Assembly (NCBI GenBank): GCA_963770935.1
Contig: CAVYRJ010000011.1
Location: 32,001 to 96,000 of the forward strand
Length of the DNA stretch: 64,000 nt
Source: Candidatus Bathyarchaeota archaeon
GTDB taxonomy: Archaea > Thermoproteota > Bathyarchaeia > Bathyarchaeales > Bathycorpusculaceae
Direction of reading: 5' to 3'
The stretch's first letter is position 1. The number at the start of each line of letters is the position of its first letter. The notes beneath the pieces are model-generated. The model was not told where the DNA came from. It saw only the letters and a program-made list of their open reading frames with translations, and searched no databases. Shown piece by piece: positions 39,396-48,608 of this stretch. The position numbers and the translations under genes were made by a program.

Positions 39396-40752
39396 ATGTA
39401 CAAAGATGCATTTGTTTTAGAGGGCATTGGAGTGTCTGGTTCAGAGGAAGAAATCTACTCCGTAATGTTTAGCTCACTTAGGCATCCTGCCCGCCGCAAA
39501 ATCCTCCGCATGCTTTCAGAAACAAAAGTAACGTACTCTCAGATGCTCGAAGAACTTGCTATTCCAAGTTCTCACTTGACATACCATCTAGAAAACTTGG
39601 GTGAACTTGTCGTAAAGGATAGTAATGGAAAGTACGAGCTTTCCAGCTTCGGCAAAGCTGCTGTTACAATGATGAGGGGAGCAGAAGAGGTTCCAGATAC
39701 TCATACTAAACGGTTTTCGGCTTTGCCTTTAAGATGGAAGACCCTGTATGCTTTCTTCACCATAGCCATAGTGCTTCTGGCAACAGTGTCATATATTCAG
39801 TTTTCTTCATTCAATAAACTGTCAGATGACTATAGTACTTTGCAAGAAAATTACGATGTCGTTAGCGAACAGAATCGGCATCTACTTCTATCAAACACGT
39901 CAAATGACGCTGACCAAGCAAGAACCATAATCCGGGACGTCCTTCAGATTGACATATCAAAGTACCAGTTAACACTTACAGGAGATTCAGTGCAAAATAG
40001 GGCAGATTTAGGCGGCCTTATCGAAGATATTTTGGAGTATTCGCTTGTAAACGACGCAAGTCGAATCGATTTAACCTTCAGGTTTAGGAACGGACACTTT
40101 TCGTTGGTTCAAATAAATCAGCTGGAGGGTGCACCAAATTTCCCCTTGCTCTACACTGAGCCGCAGCCAACCGATGTCATCCATGCTTGTCAAGGAATAC
40201 TTGAAAGGTACAGATCAGCTTTCAAGGATTCTTACTTGGATCAGATTAACACGTTAATGGCTTCAGCAAGCGTTAAAAGCGGTCAGATTCTCGGAGAATC
40301 GAAGCTTCAGGTTTCATCCTATAATGGCTATGCTGATGTTCTAGTAATGTTCACTGATAACGGAACAGACTTCCAAGCTAAAAGCCTACATCTTTCATAT
40401 GAGAACAACATCCTCACTGAATTTAGTGACGATTGGTTCTTGTTTAAGGTTGGAAGCGCTCACGTAAACATCTCTGAAGACCAAGCTGTGTCTGATCGCG
40501 AAGAACGCGGCAAAAGGCTATTCGTGGATTGCAAACGGAAAACAAGTAACGACTTTTCAAATTTTAGACAACCCAGTGTCAGCCCAGTTTTATCCTAAAC
40601 CTCAAGCATCAGATGTCTTCACATTGTACCCATATTGGTACGTAACATTGTATCTGGATAAAACGTATCCTGAAGGAGTCAGCCAAATAGCAGTTGGCGT
40701 CTGGGCAGACACAGGAGAGGTTTCAAGCATTCAAGCTCTAGCGACATCTTAA
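39396..40752 (+). CDS. ArsR-like winged-HTH membrane-tethered regulator with extracytoplasmic domain (frameshift near 40495)
   Basis: FSSLRHPARRKIL...SSHLTYHL.NL and a TM segment. The shifted frame continues ...LYPYWYVTLYLDKTYP.GVSQIAVGVWADTGEV to a stop at 40752. Confidence 0.8.
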
Positions 40753-40861
40753 GAGCTGTCACGGTTGCGCGTTTAGCAAATTTGTTCTCCTTTTTAATAA
40801 TGGCAATTGAAGTTAAGTTTATATCAAGTTACAGTGCAGTACTTCTTGGATGTGAACCTCT

Positions 40862-41231
40862 ATGCATAAACGCATGAATCCCCGAGAACAAAAACGTATG
40901 ATGCAACGCATGGGCATGAACATGGACTCGGTTGCAGACGTCCAGCAAGTCATAATCAGAACCGCAGACAAAGACATAGTTATCGATGAGCCCGAAGTTG
41001 CAATTCTGCAGGTTCAGGGACAAAAAATGTACCAAATCATAGGCGGACAAGTCAGCGAGCAAGCACCCTCACAAAGAAGCGCAAATGCAGCAGCTGCAAA
41101 ACCCGCGTTCTCTGAAGAAGACGTACAATTGGTGGCGGACCAAACGGGCAGAAGCTTGGAAAAAGCCAAGGAAGCCCTCCAAGGAATGCGGCGGCGATTT
41201 GGCGAAAGCAATTTTGTTGCTTCAGTCCTAA
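40862..41231 (+). CDS. nac: nascent polypeptide-associated complex protein (frameshift near 41183)
   Basis: MNPREQKRMMQRMG, YQIIG and EEDVQLVA.QTG; the corrected end reads ECGGDLAKAILLLQS. Confidence 0.92.
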
Positions 41232-41447
41232 CTTTTCTTTTCGATTTCCAATACATTTAGAACCTTTAGAAAATCTATCCAACCAAGCCTACAGCTGAGC
41301 TACATTCGGCAACTTTCTCGAATAATATGTTGATGCTTGTTAGGATGTATGGGCTACCTTTATTTGCGAAGTATAGTGTTTGACGATGAGATTTTAAAAA
41401 ATTAAAAATAATAGTTATGATAATAATTATGTTGCTGAGGTTTTAGA

Positions 41448-42407
41448 ATGAACGAATATGTTAAGGGACCTGCACCTGACCGATGGCAATGGACTAAGAA
41501 CTACATGCAATATCCTAGATGGCATTGGAATAAAAACTGTACACAGTATCCGCATGAAGTCATCCAAAGGACTTCAACAAGGCCTAATTCTGACCTCTGC
41601 GATGAATGCCTTGAAATAGAGAAACGAGAGCAGATCATACGCGAACTATCACGTTACAAAGAAGTAAAGGAGATAATGAGCCAAGAAATCGCCACGATTA
41701 TCCCTGATGCGTCAATAGCTGAGGCTGCTGGAATCATGGGCAAAAAACACATCGGAAGTCTGATTGTAATGAAATATGACTTACCTGTGGGCATAGTCAC
41801 CGAGAGAGACGTGTTTAGCAAAGTTTTTGCTATGGGAAAAGACTTTGGAGATGTAAAAGTTGAGGCAATGATGTCTTATCCGCTAATTGCCACTGAACCA
41901 GCAGTCAAAATAAAGGAAGCCGCTCGAATGATGATCAAAAAGAAGGGTAAACTAACGGTGTTTGACGGCAGAAAACTCGTTGGAATAATAACTGCGTCAG
42001 ATCTCATCAAGAGTCTACCCGATATTCCAGAAACAGAAATCAAGGTTGATGACTTCATGACCAAACGAGTTGAGACCGCCGATGAGAAAACCCCTGTGGC
42101 AAGCGTAGTCAAGTTGATGGGTGAGAAGCGTATCGGCAGCGTCATAGTCACAAGAAAAGGCGAACCGTTTGGGATTTTCACAGAGCGAGACTTCCTAAGC
42201 AACTTCTTGATCGAGGACAAACCGATAATGGGTAAAGTGGGAAAAGAAGCCTCATTGCCGCTAATCACCGCGCCTATTGGAACAAGTGTTCATGAAGCCG
42301 CAGTAATAATGACAATTAACCACATTAGAAGGCTGCCAATTACCAGCGATGGGAAAATGGTGGGAATAATCACAGCACGCGACCTCGTTGAAGCATACGC
42401 AAAATAG
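41448..42407 (+). CDS. CBS-domain protein (4 CBS) with small Cys/Trp N-terminal module
   Basis: Repeated GIVTERD, GIITASD, GIFTERD and GIITARD. Confidence 0.9.
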   Translation: MNEYVKGPAPDRWQWTKNYMQYPRWHWNKNCTQYPHEVIQRTSTRPNSDLCDECLEIEKREQIIRELSRYKEVKEIMSQEIATIIPDASIAEAAGIMGKKHIGSLIVMKYDLPVGIVTERDVFSKVFAMGKDFGDVKVEAMMSYPLIATEPAVKIKEAARMMIKKKGKLTVFDGRKLVGIITASDLIKSLPDIPETEIKVDDFMTKRVETADEKTPVASVVKLMGEKRIGSVIVTRKGEPFGIFTERDFLSNFLIEDKPIMGKVGKEASLPLITAPIGTSVHEAAVIMTINHIRRLPITSDGKMVGIITARDLVEAYAK

Positions 42408-42522
42408 AATCACCATTTTTCCATTATTCAGCATTCTATTTGCTGCGAGGATCCTTTTACATGAGAGGAATAGTCCTTATTGATTACTTTTCAAGCCCTG
42501 GTCATGTTGAAAACAATTGGTT

Positions 42523-42699
42523 TTAGATGACGTATGTTTCTTGTATAGTAACTAAGCCATTGTCGCCTACAATTAACTTCAGCTCGGGCAATAGTGGTTC
42601 AAGCTTTTCTTGAGTGTCAACCACTTCGATAATTAATGGCATATTTACTTGCATCCCCTCGAAGTGCAATGTTGATTTTCCGCGTTTGCCACAGCTATC
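42523..42699 (-). pseudogene. C-terminal half of a DUF190 (PII-like) gene, 5' part deleted
   Basis: GKRGKSTLHFEGMQVNMPLIIEVVDTQEKLEPLLPELKLIVGDNGLVTIQETYVI*, with no start codon of its own. Confidence 0.75.
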
Positions 42700-42935
42700 A
42701 TTGTGGTAAACGAGCCGCAGAACCCAACAGCCACAAGCAAAGTGTATAGTGGTTGCAAGTTTAATCCAATTGATAAGATAGAAAACGAACCCAAAATGAA
42801 ACTGCCTAAAACATTCACGACTAACACGTTAATGGGAAGGCCATAAATTGCCACTGGAGATTCAACAAGCTTGTAACGTAGAAAAGCACCCATAATAGCG
42901 CCGACTGCCAAGAGGACAAACTCAATCCACTTCAT
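42645..42935 (-). pseudogene. crcB: fluoride channel CrcB/FluC, 3'-truncated
   Basis: GAIMGAFLRY, VNVLGSFILG and GFCGSFTTM, then an abrupt loss of the S.F..E motif and the last TM. Confidence 0.85.
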
Positions 42936-42958
42936 TTCTGCTTACCTTCCGCTCTTCG

Positions 42959-43021
42959 GTAGGCATTATCAGCATCCACTCGGCTCCGGTTCTGGCTCTG
43001 CCACGGCTAATGCCATAGCCA
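42959..43021 (-). ncRNA. fluoride (crcB) riboswitch
   Basis: The minus strand reads GGCTATGGCATTAGCC...GCTGATAATGCCTAC: P1 GGCTA/TAGCC, pseudoknot GGCAT/ATGCC and a CTGAT..CCTAC tail, directly upstream of crcB. Confidence 0.85.
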
Positions 43022-43143
43022 AGCTTCTTTGCAATTTTAAGATATTAAAACTTTATTGGATAAAACCTAAATTGTGTCTTCTGATAGGCGTTCATTTTTG
43101 TTGATAGAGCTAATGCTATATATTACAAGATTTAATATTCCAA

Positions 43144-44082
43144 GTGGATAGTAAAATGGTTGCTCAAGACTCTGACATCGCAGTGGTTGGACACTTATCC
43201 ATCGACACCATCAATTTACCCAGCAGGACCAGTCCATTTGTGGTTTTAGGCGGCGCCGCAGCCTACACATCATTTGCCGCAATACGGCTAGACTCCACCG
43301 CTTCGGTCATCTCTAAAGTAGGTGGGCACTTTCCAGAAGCCTACTTATGGTGGATGGGGCAAGAAGGCATAGATCTCTCAGGCGTCAGAAAACTTGCCGG
43401 TGAACCCACAACTTGTTTTGAGCTTACCTACAGCAAAGACCTCTCTGAACGCACTTTGAAGCTTAAAAGCAAAGGACCCACGTTAAGCCCAGATGATGTT
43501 CCAAAAGATTTTCGTGCAAAAGCAATCCATATTGCGCCTATTGCAGACGAAATCCCCTACGAGATGGTTGAGCGCCTCAGAGGTTGCGGAGATGTTTTAT
43601 CTCTTGACCCTCAAGGTTTACTTCGAAGCTTCGACGAAGCAGGTAAAGTAATTGAAAACTTTTCCGTAGACACCCGAATCTTCAGCTTAATCAATATCTA
43701 CAAATCATCTCAAAACGAAATCTACGCGTTAACTGGCGAGCCAGAACTTAAGCCTGCAATAAAGGCAATTCACGACGTAGGAGTTGAAACCGTCATAGTA
43801 ACCTTGGGTGCAAAAGGCTCGGTGCTCTCAGTTGAAGGCGCTCAATACAATATTGAGGCTTGCCCTTCACAAATTCTAGTTGACCCAACAGGAGCAGGAG
43901 ACGTATTCATCGGCAGCTTCCTAGCTGAATATCTTCGCCAAAAAGAGTCCCTGTGGTGCGCAAGTGTTGGTTCCGCCGCCTCTTCCTGTGTTGTTGAGGG
44001 TCTTGGTCCAACTTATTTTGGCAATAAAGAAGAGATTTATCGAAGAGCCAATTCTTTGTATGAAAAGAAACTTAAGCAATAG
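43144..44082 (+). CDS. PfkB-family carbohydrate/nucleoside kinase
   Basis: GGAAAY, LDPQG, VTLGAKG and DPTGAGDVF. Confidence 0.92.
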   Translation: MDSKMVAQDSDIAVVGHLSIDTINLPSRTSPFVVLGGAAAYTSFAAIRLDSTASVISKVGGHFPEAYLWWMGQEGIDLSGVRKLAGEPTTCFELTYSKDLSERTLKLKSKGPTLSPDDVPKDFRAKAIHIAPIADEIPYEMVERLRGCGDVLSLDPQGLLRSFDEAGKVIENFSVDTRIFSLINIYKSSQNEIYALTGEPELKPAIKAIHDVGVETVIVTLGAKGSVLSVEGAQYNIEACPSQILVDPTGAGDVFIGSFLAEYLRQKESLWCASVGSAASSCVVEGLGPTYFGNKEEIYRRANSLYEKKLKQ

Positions 44083-44127
44083 AGGTATATGTACAGAGTA
44101 AATTAACGTGTATTGAGGCATGATTGT

Positions 44128-44331
44128 TTGGGTCGTATCGAAAAAGGCGAAAAATGCACCATTTCAGGCTGCAGCAGAGAAGCAGCAAGGTCACTATCAG
44201 CTGACAAAGTCAAAGCTGCAGGACTCAGCGTCGGCAGCGATAAACGAGCCTACATCTGCAAAGAACACTACAAAGAATACAAAAAGAAAACCAAGAAAGA
44301 CAAGACCCTAGACAAGTGGCGTTACGGTTAA
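44128..44331 (+). CDS. small conserved archaeal Zn-binding basic protein
   Basis: MGRIEKGEKCTISGC...YICKEHYKEYKK, immediately upstream of thrS. Confidence 0.75.
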   Translation: MGRIEKGEKCTISGCSREAARSLSADKVKAAGLSVGSDKRAYICKEHYKEYKKKTKKDKTLDKWRYG

Positions 44332-44343
44332 AGAGGCATCTAT

Positions 44344-46248
44344 ATGCGAATTTTGCAGTTACACTCTAACTTTATAGTTTTCAAACCCGTAGAAAAAGAA
44401 ATAAACATCGCTGAAGAAGCTGAGAAAGTAGAGAGCCGCGTCGAAGAAGTCGTCGTGTTATTCACTGCTGTTGAAGAAGGCGACAACTCCGTTATGGCGC
44501 AGAAAGCCATAAACGACGTTCGGGCTTTTCTGGGCAAACTCAAAGTAAACCGCATACTCATTTACCCATTTGCTCACCTAAGCAGCAACCTCTCCCAGCC
44601 TTCAGCCGCACTAAAAATTATAAAGGACATGGAAGCCTACGCAAAAGAGAAAGGCATTGAGACTTATCGTGCTCCGTTTGGCTGGAACAAACAATTCACC
44701 ATATCCATCAAGGGGCATCCGCTGGCTGAGCAGGCACGAAGCTATGCCCCAGCACCAGCCGCAGCTACCGCAGAAGCAACAGCTCCATGTGAAGCCAAAA
44801 AAGAAGAAGAACCAGTCTCCGCTGCGCTGAAAGCAGAAGACACCATGAAATCTTACTGGCACATTCTCCAAACCGACGGCTCACTTGTGCCAATTGAAGA
44901 ATTCAAATTCAAAGGACACATCAATCTCCAAAAGTTCTCCCAATACGAAATCAAAAAAACCCGAGCAGTCACCGTGATGCCGCCCCACGTGCCATTAATG
45001 AAACGACTAGAAATCGCCGATTATGAACCAGGCAGCGACCCCGGCAACATCCGCTGGTACCCCAAAGGGCGCATGATAAAATCGCTCCTTGAGCAATACG
45101 TCTCAGCCAGAGTGGCGAGTTACGGCGGTATGGAAGTCGAGACCCCCCTCATGTATGACTTCAACCACCCAAGCCTCAAAAGCTACCTCAACCGATTCCC
45201 AGCACGCCAATACATCCTCAAATCCGAAGACAAAGAACTCTTCCTACGCTTCGCAGCATGCTTTGGACAGTTTTTGATGGCTCATGACGCCCAATTCAGC
45301 TACAAACAAATGCCCATAAAACTCTATGAACTCACCCGCTACAGTTTCCGCCGCGAAAAAAGCGGGGAGGTCGTTGGCTTAAAACGCCTCAGAGCATTCA
45401 CGATGCCCGATTGTCATGCCCTCTGCACTAACCTTGAACAAGCCAAAAAAGAGTTCATGGTCCGATTTGACCTATGTATTGATGTCTTAAGCGACATTGG
45501 ATTAGTGAAAGATGATTACGAAATTGCCATGCGCTTCACCAAAGATTTCTACGCTGAGCATAAAGACTTCATAACAGAGCTGGCGCAGAAATTCGGCAAA
45601 CCCATTTTAGCTGAAGTATGGAACGAACGGTTCTTCTACTTCGCCCTCAAATGGGACCTCAACTTCATCGACAACCAAGACAAAGCTGCCGCACTCAGCA
45701 CCGACCAAATAGACGTCGAAAACGCCAAACGATACGAAATAACCTTCGTTGACGAGAAAGGCGAGAAGCAGTACCCGCTAATTCTGCACTGCAGTCCAAG
45801 CGGCGCCATAGAACGAGACATCTACGCCCTACTAGAAAAAGCATACCGTGAACAGATGACGGGCAAAGCGCCGATGCTCCCACTGTGGCTGTCACCAACT
45901 CAAGTTCGGCTTATCCCAATCTCCGACAAATTCCTCGACAAGATGGAGGAACTTGCTAAACAAATCAGTTCCCACTGCATCCGCGTAGACATCGATGACT
46001 CTGCCTCAACATTGCAAAAGAAAATCCGCGAAGCTGAACAAGAATGGATACCCTACATCATCGTTGTTGGCGAAAAAGAAATTGAGTCAGGCAAGCTTTC
46101 GGTTAGAGTTCGAGAGCTTAAGGGCCAACAGCAAAACATGACCACTGAAGAGTTGATAGCCAAGGTAACAGAGAAAATCGCTGGCAAACCCTACAAACCC
46201 CTACCGCTGCCACTGCTCCTATCTAAGCGTCCACAATTTCACGGTTGA
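44344..46248 (+). CDS. thrS: threonine--tRNA ligase (archaeal type)
   Basis: MRILQLH editing domain, YPFAHLS, RAPFGW, LRFAACFG, LRAFTMPD.H and LHCSPSGAIER. Confidence 0.97.
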   Translation: MRILQLHSNFIVFKPVEKEINIAEEAEKVESRVEEVVVLFTAVEEGDNSVMAQKAINDVRAFLGKLKVNRILIYPFAHLSSNLSQPSAALKIIKDMEAYAKEKGIETYRAPFGWNKQFTISIKGHPLAEQARSYAPAPAAATAEATAPCEAKKEEEPVSAALKAEDTMKSYWHILQTDGSLVPIEEFKFKGHINLQKFSQYEIKKTRAVTVMPPHVPLMKRLEIADYEPGSDPGNIRWYPKGRMIKSLLEQYVSARVASYGGMEVETPLMYDFNHPSLKSYLNRFPARQYILKSEDKELFLRFAACFGQFLMAHDAQFSYKQMPIKLYELTRYSFRREKSGEVVGLKRLRAFTMPDCHALCTNLEQAKKEFMVRFDLCIDVLSDIGLVKDDYEIAMRFTKDFYAEHKDFITELAQKFGKPILAEVWNERFFYFALKWDLNFIDNQDKAAALSTDQIDVENAKRYEITFVDEKGEKQYPLILHCSPSGAIERDIYALLEKAYREQMTGKAPMLPLWLSPTQVRLIPISDKFLDKMEELAKQISSHCIRVDIDDSASTLQKKIREAEQEWIPYIIVVGEKEIESGKLSVRVRELKGQQQNMTTEELIAKVTEKIAGKPYKPLPLPLLLSKRPQFHG

Positions 46249-46331
46249 TAAATGAATTATACGTATCATTGACGCAAAATATATCAAACAATCGAACAAT
46301 AGAAAATAGCTGTACGTGAAGTGAAAGACAA

Positions 46332-47216
46332 ATGACCAGTGAATTACAAATCTACATAGACGGCGAATTCTACCCTAAATCACAGGCAAAAATCTCCGTC
46401 TACGACCACGGTTTCCTCTACGGCGACGGCGTTTTTGAAGGCATCCGCGAATACAACGGCTGTGTCTTCAAGCTCAAAGAGCACATAGACCGCCTCTACC
46501 GCAGTGCACACGCCATAATGCTCCAAATACCCCTAACCAAAGAAGATATGGTAAAAGCCGTAGTTGAAACCCTACGCAAGAACAAAATGAAAGACAGCTA
46601 CATCCGCTTAATCGTTAGCAGAGGAGTCGGCGATCTCGGTTTAGATCCGCGTAAATGCCCAAAACCAACAATCATAATTATAACCGACACGATCAACATC
46701 AAAGCAGGTAACGCCAAAGAAACAGGCATAACAACTATGTTCAGCTGGGTCCGTAGAAACCCAGTCGACGCAACAACACACGAGATAAAATCCCTCAATT
46801 ACCTAAACAGTGTTCTAGCAAAAATCGAAGCCAACGCTTGTGGCGTGGACGAAGCCATTTGTCTAGAGAGCAACGGTTACATTGCGGAAGGCGTAGGCGA
46901 AAACGTTTTCATAGTTAAAAACGGCGAAATTTTTACACCGCCTACTTCAACGGGCGCCCTTGCAGGCATCACCGCAGACGTCGTTGCTGAACTATGTGCA
47001 AAACTCGGCATAGACCTCATCATAACTAACCTGACACCGTTTATGCTCTTTACTGCCGACGAAGCCTTCTTCACAGGAACCGCCATGGAAATGGTACCAA
47101 TTCGCGAAGTCAACAAACGGCAAATCGGCAACGGCAAACCTGGATCAATCACAAAACAATTGATGGCTGAATTCCACAAAGTAATTGAAGACCCAGCCAA
47201 CGGCACAAAAGTCTAA
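46332..47216 (+). CDS. ilvE: branched-chain amino acid aminotransferase
   Basis: DHGFLYGDGVFEGIR, IKSLNYLN, EGVGENVF, LAGIT and ADEAFFTGT. Confidence 0.95.
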   Translation: MTSELQIYIDGEFYPKSQAKISVYDHGFLYGDGVFEGIREYNGCVFKLKEHIDRLYRSAHAIMLQIPLTKEDMVKAVVETLRKNKMKDSYIRLIVSRGVGDLGLDPRKCPKPTIIIITDTINIKAGNAKETGITTMFSWVRRNPVDATTHEIKSLNYLNSVLAKIEANACGVDEAICLESNGYIAEGVGENVFIVKNGEIFTPPTSTGALAGITADVVAELCAKLGIDLIITNLTPFMLFTADEAFFTGTAMEMVPIREVNKRQIGNGKPGSITKQLMAEFHKVIEDPANGTKV

Positions 47217-47220
47217 TTTT

Positions 47221-48459
47221 TTAACCGTGGCCAACGTGGCCTCGGCTTGTTTTCTTTTGTTTCTTTTTCATAAATTGTTCTAGACAATTGAAGGCTTCTT
47301 CGAGCTCTTCGCAGGGCGGGAGGAAGACAATTCTTGCGTGATCTTTACCGTACACAGGGTCAAAACCTGAGCCATTAACGATCAAGACACCTGTTTCTCT
47401 GAGTACCTCCACCACAAACTCCATGTCGGTTTTCCATCTTTTGCCAACATCGTGGATTTTTGGGAAAATGTAAAAGGCGCCATCTGGCTTGGTTGCGCTG
47501 ATGCCTTCGATTTCATTTAGGCGTTTCCACGCGTAGTCGCGTCTTTCGCGCAGTCGATCAACGATGCCCTTCACAAAGTCCTGAGGACCATTAAGCGCGG
47601 CTGCCCCAGCGATTTGCACAGGTGTGTTCGCGCACAAACGAATGCGGCATTGTTTCTCTACGCCCAGTTTGAGGTCGTCGAGCACTTTGCCTTCACCTTT
47701 AAAGTACATGTAGCCCAAACGCCAACCAGTCATCTGATAAACTTTGGAGAATCCGTTCAACCCAACAACTGGCACGTCATTGGATAAGTGTGCGGCGCTA
47801 ACGAATGTTTTCTCATAGGTTAATTGGTCATAGATCTCATCTGAGAGCACTGGCAGATTGTGTTCTCCCGCGATGTCAAGCATCTCCTTGATCAACTTTC
47901 CACTATAAACCGAACCTGTGGGATTGTTAGGGTTGGTGATTACAATCGCGCGGGTCTTAGGCGAGATTTTGCTCCGTAAATCATCTATGTTTGGTACCCA
48001 ACCTTCTTTTTCGATAGTTTCGTAGGCCACTGGGGTGCCATCGAAGAATTTTGTGTAGGAAATGTAGGGTGGATAGGTTGGACCGGGGAATAGGATTTCG
48101 TCGCCTTTTTCAACTAGAGCCGCCAGGATCATCTGGATGCCTTCTGAGATGCCCTCGGTGATCAGAACGTTGTTGGCGGTTATGTCTACGTCGTTGACTC
48201 TTTTTTCTTTGCGCACAATCGCTTCCCGCAGTTCAGGTCGCCCTTCGGATGGGGAATAATAGTTATCGTCACAGTCGATTGCCTTGCACAGGGCGTCTTT
48301 AACGTACTGGGGCGTTTTGAAGTCAAAGGCAGCAGGATCGCCGATGTTTAGGTAATAGATTTTTTTGCCGTTTTTGATAAGTTCCTGAGTGTGAACAATG
48401 ACGTCTCGTATGGCATACTCTATATTGCTTGCCCTTTTCGTGACTTTAATGTGCGCCAA
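47221..48459 (-). CDS. class I/II PLP aminotransferase (alanine aminotransferase-like)
   Basis: IEYAIRD, LNIGDP, NPNNPTG, SDEIYD and NGFSKVYQMTGWRLG. Confidence 0.9.
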   Translation of the reverse strand: MAHIKVTKRASNIEYAIRDVIVHTQELIKNGKKIYYLNIGDPAAFDFKTPQYVKDALCKAIDCDDNYYSPSEGRPELREAIVRKEKRVNDVDITANNVLITEGISEGIQMILAALVEKGDEILFPGPTYPPYISYTKFFDGTPVAYETIEKEGWVPNIDDLRSKISPKTRAIVITNPNNPTGSVYSGKLIKEMLDIAGEHNLPVLSDEIYDQLTYEKTFVSAAHLSNDVPVVGLNGFSKVYQMTGWRLGYMYFKGEGKVLDDLKLGVEKQCRIRLCANTPVQIAGAAALNGPQDFVKGIVDRLRERRDYAWKRLNEIEGISATKPDGAFYIFPKIHDVGKRWKTDMEFVVEVLRETGVLIVNGSGFDPVYGKDHARIVFLPPCEELEEAFNCLEQFMKKKQKKTSRGHVGHG

Positions 48460-48608
48460 TGCAGCTTACCTGTAACCACAACACTTGATAGCCCAAAAAA
48501 TAAATCTTCCTAACAACCCTCGCAGTTAAGCTGTTGCAGAACGCTCTTGGGGGTTCTCAGCACATTTTTATTTCCGTTTCCTCTTAATTTAAAGATTGGT
48601 TTTAGTTA

